From Eledone cirrhosa (lineage: Eukaryota), in assembly GCA_964016885.1 (NCBI GenBank), contig OZ024740.1:80290001-80354000 (forward strand): a stretch of DNA of 64,000 nucleotides. The letters run 5' to 3'. Under the pieces are notes generated by a model, which ran no database searches, was not told where the DNA came from, and was given only the letters and a program-made list of their open reading frames with translations. Position numbers and translations under genes: made by a program. Shown piece by piece: positions 25,790-36,570 of this stretch (position 1 is its first letter; each line of letters opens with the position of its first letter).

Positions 25790-27862
25790 CTAAGGAGAGA
25801 GGGGGGAAGGAAGGAAATAAAGGAAGCGATAAAAGAATACAAAAAAGATCTTACGTCTCCCTTGGCAAGCAGGGGTTACCCATTGCAAAATCGGCAAGTG
25901 GGGTGTTATAGCCCTAGTCTGCCCCCCCGGGTCATTATGGGGTTTGAGGGCGAGGTAAGTCCTACGCAATCTATGTTTACATGCAGTAACCAGTTCATCT
26001 TTCTTGTTTAGGAGTTGGTCCGTCGAAAACAGCATTTGTAAAGTTTCCTCCGAGCATAAATTGCACGGACGGCGTCCTCCCGTGTAAGAATTGGCTCTGG
26101 ACAGTAATCTCCAAGTGAGATCATAGGTGATGTTGTTGTCCTTGAGGTCCCATATGTGGCCCGAAAGTGTAGTGGCGTGACGCCGGGCCGGGTTTCGGAA
26201 GGTATGTCTATGTTGGTATAGCCGGGTCTTGAAGTCACATGCGGTAAGTCCTATATAGGCTTTGTTGGAGGTATCCGTCCTCACGTTGCACTGGTAGATC
26301 ACATTACGGTCTCTGCATCTATTGTCGAGTGGGCAAATAGATCTATCCGGGCAGTTACACCTCCTGGTCGGTTCTCCACTGCTATTTAGGTTATTTTTGC
26401 CATCGGGGTTGAGTTTTTTGTTGTTAGAGGAGACGATGTTTTGTGCGAAGTTTGGTGTAGTGCTGTAAGAGAGTTTGATGGTATTTTTGTTAATTATGTT
26501 GTGGTAGCGGTGTTGTAATGGGAAGTGTTTTTCAATGAGCCAAAAGAATAGTTTCCCGATGGGAGTTGTCACCTCTGCGTTGTGTGGAGGATTGAACCAT
26601 GTTACATTGCGTGAGCGGCGGTGTCTCCTGCTGGTTCCGCTAATGGGAGCTGGACAGTAGGATATTTCCTCCCGGAAACCACTCCGCTTGAGGGCCTGGT
26701 TGTAATAAGGCGCATGTTCATCGAATATCCGCTCATTAGCTGACAAACGGGATATGCGGAGGGAGATGTTTTTGACCAGGTTGTTTGTGATGTTCCTAGG
26801 ATGGTTTGATCGGCGGTGGATGTAGTGCAGATTGTCATTAGGTTTCCTGTATGGGTAGTACAGGTCGTTTTCGAGGTCGAGGGTCACGTCCAGGAAGTTT
26901 ACTCTGGTCAGGGACGTTTGTAGGGTTATTTTAAATCCCCAGTCGCGGAAGAATCTGATTAATTGTTTCCGGACCCGATCTGTACTACTGGGGTTGTACC
27001 CTTTAAGGGTAACGAGCCCATCATCACGGTACAATCCACCACCGAATGCAGGAAACATATCAGTGAGTTTGGCTATTAGGAATAATCCTATAAGATCTGT
27101 GACCTCCGCCGAATCCGTGGCGCCCATGCTGACGTCGAAGGGTGAGTCGGGAGCTCTTTTTATCCATTTAGAGTCGTCAAAGAGTAAGACTGTCTTCCTG
27201 GCGTGGAGGATGATTTTTCTTTCCTGGTCGGTGATGGGCACAAGTGTTTCGGCGAAGTCCAAGGCGGCAGTAAGTAGCGGTAAGGTGATTGAAGCATAGT
27301 AGCTCTCTATGTCGAACTGTATGAATTTAGTTTCTCGTTTATCCTCCATATTGCTGAACCAGGAGATTACTTCCTGGGTGTTGATCCATAGGCTAAGTCG
27401 GGTGTGTTGCTTGACTTTTGGTATCACGCGGTCTAGGATTTTTTTGCTGATTCTCCCTATGTCGGACTTCGTTGGGTTAATAAGCCTGATAGAGGGTTTA
27501 CGGTCAAAATTGGATTTATGGTCCTTCAGTGTGAAGTATGGTGTCCGTGGGTCTAGAGGTTCCGTGCGGTCGGCGACCCCGAGGCTGGAGGTGATTTGTT
27601 GTCCATCTCGATTTATGTCCTCGATGCAAGAGTGGTTGGCCTTTTTATAGGTGGAGTTTAGGCTGCTCCTGATCAGTGTGTGGTATCTGTCAGGGTTGAC
27701 AAAGTATAGGGTCCCAGTTTTATCCGAATGCACCATGATGTCATTTGTGTTATCATACTCTGTTAGGTTGCTACGGAGTTTTTGTAGGAATCGGTTGTGT
27801 CTGGGTTTAAATTTAATGTTCTTGACCAGTTGGAAGAGGTCATTCTCGAAGGGTGCGAGCAA
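25790..27862 (-). CDS. PLE reverse transcriptase + C-terminal GIY-YIG endonuclease (Cys-rich linker, Neptune-like), N-terminally truncated
   Basis: 690-aa open frame with SDKT, TLKDHK, RLINP, FIQFDIESYYASI, DVSMG, GGLYRDDGL, VNFLDVTL, CNC..CP..C, VIYQC..AYIGLT..FKTRLYQH and CNLC..E; the frame stays open upstream (KERFGFITYKSPP). Confidence 0.93.
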   Translation of the reverse strand: MLAPFENDLFQLVKNIKFKPRHNRFLQKLRSNLTEYDNTNDIMVHSDKTGTLYFVNPDRYHTLIRSSLNSTYKKANHSCIEDINRDGQQITSSLGVADRTEPLDPRTPYFTLKDHKSNFDRKPSIRLINPTKSDIGRISKKILDRVIPKVKQHTRLSLWINTQEVISWFSNMEDKRETKFIQFDIESYYASITLPLLTAALDFAETLVPITDQERKIILHARKTVLLFDDSKWIKRAPDSPFDVSMGATDSAEVTDLIGLFLIAKLTDMFPAFGGGLYRDDGLVTLKGYNPSSTDRVRKQLIRFFRDWGFKITLQTSLTRVNFLDVTLDLENDLYYPYRKPNDNLHYIHRRSNHPRNITNNLVKNISLRISRLSANERIFDEHAPYYNQALKRSGFREEISYCPAPISGTSRRHRRSRNVTWFNPPHNAEVTTPIGKLFFWLIEKHFPLQHRYHNIINKNTIKLSYSTTPNFAQNIVSSNNKKLNPDGKNNLNSSGEPTRRCNCPDRSICPLDNRCRDRNVIYQCNVRTDTSNKAYIGLTACDFKTRLYQHRHTFRNPARRHATTLSGHIWDLKDNNITYDLTWRLLSRANSYTGGRRPCNLCSEETLQMLFSTDQLLNKKDELVTACKHRLRRTYLALKPHNDPGGQTRAITPHLPILQWVTPACQGRRKIFFVFFYRFLYFLPSPLSP

Positions 27863-28154
27863 GGGGTTCAGGGGCGGAGATTTGTAGGTAATAAATCCGA
27901 ATCTCTCCTTGGTGCCGAAGTCTTGGTTGTCGCAATATCTGTCATAGAAAAAACAACCTGTGACACTCCCCCCTCTCTTATTTGAAGAACTATTGTAACG
28001 CGAACTGGCGCGAAATTTATTATAATTATTGACAAACCAATCAAATTACTTCTCGAAAAACCTGGCATTTCGAGCCACTTTTTCCATATAAAACAAGTAA
28101 CATTCAGAGACCAACCAGATGTGAGAAAAACCACAGACCCTCCATCTCAACTCA

Positions 28155-28192
28155 CCTTTTGAAAAGCAGAAGAACTGCGAAACCGGTAAAGG
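28155..28192 (+). ncRNA. 38-nt minimal hammerhead with U3-A8 core variant
   Basis: CCTT TTGAAAA GCAG-aagaa-CTGC GAAA CCGG TA AAGG followed by AATAAA. Confidence 0.78.
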
Positions 28193-28264
28193 AACCAAAT
28201 AAATATATATATTTAAAAAAAAAAAAATAAGACTCCAGTTGCATTTTCGATTTCATCTCTTTTT

Positions 28265-28360
<96 letters not shown>

Positions 28361-28441
28361 ATACATATATATACATATATATACATCTATATTTATATAT
28401 ACATATACACATATATACAACTGTATATAGATGTACACATG

Positions 28442-28473
<32 letters not shown>

Positions 28474-28498
28474 TATATATATACATGTACACATGTAC

Positions 28499-28531
<33 letters not shown>

Positions 28532-28589
28532 TATATAAATTTATAAATATATACATATATATATTTATAGATACACACACACACACACG

Positions 28590-28638
<49 letters not shown>

Positions 28639-28651
28639 ACACACACACACT

Positions 28652-28686
<35 letters not shown>

Positions 28687-28699
28687 ACATATATATAAA

Positions 28700-29166
28700 T
28701 GGAAAACATGAAATTTCATTTCTCACTCTTAGTACGGCTGATACTTAAATATAAGTATGTATACGCACATACACACATGTATACAGACGCAAAGCAGTAT
28801 GTATAGACATACATACATGCACACATACATATATGCACGTATGGGTTTACCAAACATTTACTATAATGCTGGGTTTGTTTGTAAACAAACAGCCCGAATT
28901 ATTAGTCGTACAGTGTTCACCAACCATTTTGTTCAACACTGACAAAGAAACGATGAACTAGTTTCTAGCTTATTAGCTGTCATCAGCACCGTATACCTTC
29001 CTGTCAGATGATTGAACGGTTGAAAGCATACACTTTCCCCATGCATAATAAGCTAGAAACTAGTTCGGTAAATGTTCGGTAAAACCATACGTGCATATAT
29101 GTATGTGTGCATGTATGTATGTGTATACATACTGCTGTGCGTCTGTATGCATGTGTGTATGTGCGT

Positions 29167-29170
<4 letters not shown>
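28700..29170. mobile_element. Rearranged copy of the GAAACTAG-type retrozyme-like family, with internal fold-back
   Basis: Homologous to 47721-48537; arms about 28760-28860 / 29067-29170 are inverted; HHR at 28951-28991 (-) reads CGGTG CTGATGA CAGCT-aata-AGCTA GAAA CTAG TT CATCG. Confidence 0.72.
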
Positions 29171-29256
<86 letters not shown>

Positions 29257-29351
29257 GTATATCTATAAATATATGTATGTATATATTTATAAATATATAT
29301 ATGTGTGTATATATATGTACATGTGTACATGTATATATATATATACATTTG

Positions 29352-29454
<103 letters not shown>

Positions 29455-30129
29455 TTATACACATACATTTATAGATATAGATATATACACACACATACAA
29501 TATATGTTTAAATTCGTGTTCGTTCACGTGGCATATTTGTTAGCATGCTGGGTCTAATACCGTAAAGCCGTAATTTCGTTTCGAGTTCGTTTTTCTTTTC
29601 GTGTGCAAGACATTTTATTTCAGATACGGCCTTGTCACATCTTATGTCACTCTGAACCTACACAACCACTGTATTAGACCTGTACGTGTCCCTTGATTGC
29701 TCAGCCCCTTATCACGTTGATTAAATCGCTGAAAACGACGGAGGTCGAACAACAATATATACACAAATAAGACACACACACATGCATACATATATATGTG
29801 CACACACACACACATATATATATGCACATAGAATTAAATGAGGAGAATTTAAAAATTGCCAATCAATAATATATTTAAGCTCAATGTGTTTATGTCGTTA
29901 TCGATCGCAATATAGAAGAGGTGTCGCTTAAGAATAGAAGAAAGGCTGGCATATATGACACAGAGCATATGCAACAAATCGAGACGATAGAAAAGAGTTC
30001 TTACATTAATAAATACTTTACAATTGTTTCAAAGCAACATTTAAAAAATATGTACTTGCTTTCCGTTTACTCATAGGATCTTATTGATTCTTCCTCTGAT
30101 GTACACCGATCAATGATACTTAGCTATGT

Positions 30130-30458
30130 TCAATATATAAAACGGAAGATGTCTGTGTGCGTATGATTTTTATGCATTTCTCCATTTCTCTACCGATTTT
30201 GATGATTTTTTTCCCAATGTGTTCCAAATTTACCAAGGATGGTCAACGCTTAATAAACTTTGCCAAAAATCTCCTGCTTCTATGAAAAAAATCGATAAAA
30301 CTAAATACATGCTGTAACCCTCTCTCTTACACGCTTATTCACTCTGTCTACTACCATCAACAATCTATGAAACTACATACATATTGCAACTCTCTCTCTA
30401 TATATATATATATATCACACACACACGCATATACATATACATCTAAAGAGAGAAAGAG

Positions 30459-30519
<61 letters not shown>

Positions 30520-30647
30520 GATAGGTCGTTATACAGAGAGAGGTGCAAGATAATCAGATAGAGAGAGGGAGAGAATGGCGATGAACGCTGGTTCACGCAC
30601 ACAGAAACACACAGAAACACACATATATATATAAAGAGAGAGAGAGA

Positions 30648-30689
<42 letters not shown>

Positions 30690-30741
30690 TACGTTCTTTA
30701 TTGTTCTCCATTCTGTAGAGGAAGAGAGAGAGGGGGATTGA

Positions 30742-30814
<73 letters not shown>

Positions 30815-31848
30815 CATGAGAAAAAAAGGAGTGGTGTTGAGAAAGAAAGAAAGTTTAAGCAAAGAATCGTTGCTTTCAACATTAATGGGTTCTTCTGAAA
30901 CTAAAAAATTCAATCTGTGAACACAGAATTAAATATTTCGAGAAACGTTGCAACCGAAGGAAAACAGGAAGACGATATTTTGGTTCGTGAAGACGTTCCC
31001 TGGTAATGAACGGAAAAAAAGCGAGGATAATACGTCGTTATGTGGACCGAGAACAATTTCATGCAAAGACAAGACCAAGTTTATGGTGTAAATGGAGTCG
31101 TTAGACTAATATTCTATTTAAAATAACCGAATGATTTCCAACCCCGGAGTTTAAGAATGATGTAAATAAAATTGTAAACGAAAATGACAGAAGTGATTAA
31201 AATAGTTGTTTCTACTTTTGGCACAAGGCCAGCAATTACTGGTACTTTATTTTATCGACCCCGTAAGGATGAAAGGCAAAGTTAACCTCGACGGGATTTT
31301 AACTTGGCCTTAACATAGTAAAAGTAAATAGTGAAGATTTAGGCCAGTACATACGTATGCGCCGACGGACATACACATAAATATACATACGCACACACAC
31401 ATACATACACACACACAAACACACACACACACACACACACACACGCGCACGTGTGTGTGTAAACCTCATGCATTTCTACAGTATTTTCACCAAACTTAAG
31501 ACATAGGTTACTTACGTACTCCGGATGGTCATGGGTACTTACATTTTTCCAGATATTGATTATAGGGCCTCCCGGTAGTTAACCCCTTTAACCACTTCCT
31601 TGGAGTCGACTGCAGTGCAATGCAAAAAAACGTCATAACTTCTGAAGTTCGCAACCGATTTTCACAAAACTTGACACATAGTCTACGTTTGTTCTACAGA
31701 TGAATGTGAACTCTCAGAATTGGCACATATTGAGTAGGGGAAATCTGTAGGGAAAAAGGCGATGATTTTGTAAAAGTATAATTTTTGAAGCAGCACTGAA
31801 GTATTGACATAAATGGTATACATAACTGCTATTTAATACCTCTGCTAG
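30130..31848 (+). mobile_element. Possible non-autonomous Helitron remnants
   Basis: TCAATATATAAAA..GTCTGTGTG start, recurring ACCGATTTT..AAACTT motifs, and end TACCTCTGCTAG|T identical to the 3' end of the Helitron at 11953; may be several fragments. Confidence 0.45.
31206..31282 (-). mobile_element. tRNA-SINE 3' fragment
   Basis: Reverse complement of the SINE body and tail seen at 34301. Confidence 0.75.
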
Positions 31849-31879
<31 letters not shown>

Positions 31880-32218
31880 CTTCATTAGATTTTATTATAT
31901 TGTCCAGGCATTGGTAATTTTTTGAATGGTGTATTGAAGCAATTGTAAAGCATTAAATGAATTTTTTTTTCATCTGAATTTGTTATATATATATGATGAT
32001 AATAAGGATGATGAAATATGACCCGCAATCTAGGACACATTCAAAAATTAAGCTCTACGGTGTCATAAATATGGCTGTATTCATATGCATTACATCGTGG
32101 AAAACCTTTTAAATGCAGAGTTGTTAAATGGCTAAAAGGATTCTTCTACGTTTCAATATATTGTCTCAGTCAAGTCACTTAATGAAGATGTAGAATTGCT
32201 TTTAGCTTCTCCCCCCTT

Positions 32219-32287
<69 letters not shown>

Positions 32288-32292
<5 letters not shown>

Positions 32293-32466
32293 TGTTCAAG
32301 ACCTCGGCGGCAGAGCTGAAGCCGTTTCGACAGTTAGCCGTCCAAACGGCTTGAGCTCTGCCGTCGGGGTCTTGAACAATTTCCTATTACCCACTCTACT
32401 ACCCTAAGTATTGAGTACTCTGGTGCGTTAAGGTCCACCTGGTTCCTTACCACACTTCCTTCGTTA
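32288..32466. repeat. Fold-back insertion of the PLE3-family pseudo-LTR 3' end in (TA)n
   Basis: GAAATTGTTCAAGACC..GGTCTTGAACAATTTC hairpin followed by the same tail as 20235-20314. Confidence 0.82.
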
Positions 32467-34300
32467 TATATATATATATATATAAACTTAAGCCAAAATC
32501 TTTATTTGGTGAGATATAAGCTAGACCAACTAAAATTAGTCAATGAGATATCTAATATTACAAATAAATAATATTTTCATGTATATATATATATGTGCAC
32601 GTAAATAAGAGGGTTATTGCTCCGACCTGTCTACTTACTATCAACAACTATCCTAAATAATAATACATATACATTACACATAAATACACCATGCGCACAT
32701 ATATATATATATAGGAACGTCAAATGCAGAAATCCTAACGCAGACACACTCAGAACAAACGCAAAGCAATCATCGAATGCCCTATACGTAAATAATACAC
32801 TCAGAAAACAAAGCCAACAATAAACAAAACATCAGATTACAAACTCGTAAAAAATACATTCGTAAAAACAAAACCAATCATGAACTAAATGTTTATATTA
32901 GAACTGATACCCCTCATAATATCTACCTCAGACATCATCCATATAATCCCAACGCCTAACCCCCTCTTTCTCCCGAATAATGAAATTATTAATCAATGGT
33001 TTTATGATCATTTCGGTGAACAGAAATGAATGTGAGCTTCGTTCACCCGATAAAATGTAAATCCAGTTAACCTGCCTTGAAAAGCAGATGACAACAGCTG
33101 CATTTGTTTATATACAATGGAACATCTCGTGTTTATAAATTAGATAAGCAGGTACATCACGTTGTAAAAATGTAATAAAATAAGTACATGTAATATATCA
33201 CCAAAAAGAGATAGCTGTAAACAAATACTTTAGCTGAAATGCAGAGCAAAGTAGTTTTGTGTTAGCTAGAAATAAGGGAGTGATTAGAACAAGGAATGAT
33301 AAAGGATAGGACATGGGGAATACAATATAGAAATTCCAATGTAGATTACAATTGAAGAAACGTTGGTGATTTGACAGAATCGTTAAAGCATCGGACAAAA
33401 TGCATTATAGTATTTGATTCGGGATCTCAGTTCAAATCTCGTCGATATAAACCTTATTCTCTAGCTCTCCGGTATCGAGGAAATATAGTATCTTCCCAGG
33501 GATAGGCATTGGTGGACTTGTTCGAGTCTTGGACAAGACGATTTTCTCCGACTTTTTCCGTTCTAAATGTAGAATCGCTTGTCTCTAGCTGAAAAGGTAA
33601 TATTTTTTGCTATAAAAGCCTCTGGTCTTCTTGGCCCCAGACTGCATTCCCCAGTCAAATGGGATACGAGTATCACACATGAGGAAGGAGCCACGCAATA
33701 AGGAATGGTTGATGCAGCAATGCTTTCTCTGTCTTGTACGCGAGATGTAGCTAGACTATACAGCCCAGAGAAGGACAGAGTCCCCTAAACCCATTTATTC
33801 CTGTTCTTTTTTCTTTCTTGCCTTACTATATTTTCCTTTTGCTTTTTCTTTCATTTTAGATGTATTTTGAAAATCTGAAATGAAGACATACATTTTGTCA
33901 ATGTCTTGTAAAGCATAAAATGCCCGAAGGAAAGAAACAGGAAAATATCTTTGTATTCTCTTGTCGTAACCAGTGCATACCACTTGTAAAGGAAGTCACC
34001 AGAGGTCGATCGTTAAGTTGGTGACACCAGAAGGAAGATAAAATATAATTAGAAATATAAATTGTATAAAAATAAATTAAAGTGTGAAATAAACAGTAAA
34101 TGGGGTGATATGGAGAGAAAGGGATTTGGGGAAGTAATAGCAAATAATGACACGGCGAGAATATGAATTTAGTGTGTGGATAAATGGTTGTTGTGAATTA
34201 TAGTATTAAAATAAACATATGGGAATATATTGTTGACTAATATCTAAAAACGTCTGTATAAAAAAAATATTATTTGATAACATTATCATTTTGTGCCCAA

Positions 34301-34485
34301 CGGTGGATTGGCAGTATCGGTAGAGGGTCGGACACCATGCTTTGTAGCATAGAATTACGGCCCTTTATGATCTGAGTTCAAATCCCGCCGAGGTTTACTT
34401 TGCCTTTCATCTTTACGGGGTCGATAAAATAAAGTACCAGTAATACACTGGGATAATTGCTGGCCTTGTGCCAAAAATAGAAACA
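34301..34485 (+). mobile_element. tRNA-derived SINE with 17-bp target-site duplication
   Basis: A-box-like start and GAGTTCAAATCCC B box; ATTATCATTTTGTGCCC at 34282-34298 and 34486-34502. Confidence 0.88.
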
Positions 34486-35351
34486 ATTATCATTTTGTGC
34501 CCGTTGCAAAACGTCAGTTTGATGTTGCTTCGGGATCCTAAATTGCAGAATTGTAAATGTGTTACCCCGGATCATAGCGAGGAAGGTATCGTTTTTCTTG
34601 AGCTGTTAAGGTCAAACTTGTTCAGTTATTTTCTGGACGGGTGGAAGTAAACGGTAGAAAATGGAAGTTGAATTTGTCAGGTGACATAGCTAAAGATAGC
34701 TGCGTTGTGTGGCAGAGCTGGATAATCGTAAATGCTTATCTTATATTTTATTGAAATTATTCGAGTTGATAAGAATCGCCTAAAGAGTTTTATAGATTTT
34801 ATAGTAATCGAAATAAGTTGATAATTACATATATAATTCTATATGCAATTACGTGTTACGACTATTCTCTTTTATATCTTATTTTCTTGTTCGAAATTGG
34901 TGGCCTTCGGTTATATTAAGTACTGTAATTGACTTTGACATTAACGATAGATTGAAATTCTCCATGGCTAAGTAGGTCTGCATAAGTGGATGCTCGGTTT
35001 TTATGAATTTTGATTCAGCGGTGGCTTTGGAAAATTAACTATTTAGGTTTTTTATCCAAAGAAACATAACTGATAAAATCTAATGTGGGTTTTTTTATAT
35101 CTAGGAATATATGTTTACAATGTACAATATAGTAACGTGTACAGAGGCGTAATGTAACATAATAAAATATATAATGTGATGTATACTGCAATATTATATA
35201 CAGTATAGTAATGTCAAAAAGTGTGCGGAAGTACTTAAAGTGAGGAAGAACTCATAGGCTATAAACTTGGGCCTAAACCATAATATGTGTTTACACATAA
35301 TACGTATGCTTACACACAGACATATACACACACACATTATGTGTACATACA

Positions 35352-35387
<36 letters not shown>

Positions 35388-36253
35388 TGCACACTCACAT
35401 ACACACACACATATATATATATATAAGATGTCTGGCTGGGAATGTTTCCTTATAATTGATACCATGCGTGAGATTTATTGAATAAATTGTAAGCAACGAG
35501 ATCGAAATCATTGGATATCGATCTAAACTCTTATCGTAATTAACTCTAATGTTTTTTCTTTAATTATAGTTGAGTGTTCCACATTGGTGAAGTCATGCTG
35601 CTATTTTTAACATTACCGCCAACCCCAGACAGCCTGCCACTGATGCTGTCATATGTTGACAGATTAGCAGTTAATGCCACGCGTGGGATACCAGTATCAA
35701 CATGGACATTTAGTAGTAAGGTCGATATTCGGCTTCCCTCCAGTGGACTAGCTTGCTAATGAGAATTCCTTTGTCCAGGATTTGCTGTTTATTGATTTAT
35801 TAGTAATCGATGACCAGCGAATTCCCTTCTGATTCCAAAACAGTACTGTACAAGCCTACATGTAGATTTTTGTATTCCAGCAGCTTTTTATGTACGAAAC
35901 TAGGAAGATACTGGCCGTTTCAATTGTTGAAATTGTGAGAACTTTAGTGTTGTGATATACAAAGTTGTTAAAACAATAATTCTACTCGGATTTCAATGCC
36001 AAGGATTCTGGCTGGGAACGTTGCCTTACAGCTGATCCCATGCGTGCGCTGTGCTCCAAATGGATTTGCTGAGCAAATTGTAAACAATGAGATCGAAATG
36101 AATGGATATCGATCTAAACCCTTATTATCTCCCCCCCCCTCTCTCTCCCACTTTCCCTCCCCCCCTCTCTCTCTCTCTCTACACACACACACTATATATA
36201 TATAAATGAAGTAACAGGAGGCTGTACTGGTGTAAGTCCTTGAAAGGTTTATT

Positions 36254-36311
36254 ATACTATGATCATTTCAATGACCGGGTTCCATATCAATCCGATGATA
36301 TCATCAGGTAT
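36254..36311 (-). ncRNA. Type I hammerhead candidate in a pseudo-LTR fragment
   Basis: Minus strand ATAC CTGATGA tatca..gtcatt GAAA TGATCA TA GTAT AATAAA; stem II base is ambiguous. Confidence 0.6.
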
Positions 36312-36517
36312 TGGAATATAACAAAGGAATATGTAAAAAGTCCGTAAAACCATGGGTCCGAGAAACCAGAGACAGAGAAGGCGGCTGATCAACTAGCTTC
36401 ACAGCCAGCCACCCTCAAAGTGAACTGCATTGCGTTGAGTACTCTTCACAATATTACACCAGGATTGACTATACGGAATGACGGGTTCTATCCAGTGGTG
36501 AACCAACAAATTTTAAG

Positions 36518-36565
<48 letters not shown>

Positions 36566-36570
<5 letters not shown>

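Larger units (their letters stand above)
24675..27935 (-). mobile_element. Young 5'-truncated Penelope-like retroelement (PLE3)
   Basis: Uninterrupted RT-EN frame, 3' UTR of about 1.1 kb ending in an HHR-bearing pseudo-LTR that abuts a long (TA)n. Confidence 0.92.

Noticed and set aside
35430-36130. Short dispersed duplication and possible coding remnant
   Set aside because: No recognisable protein motif in the frames I translated.
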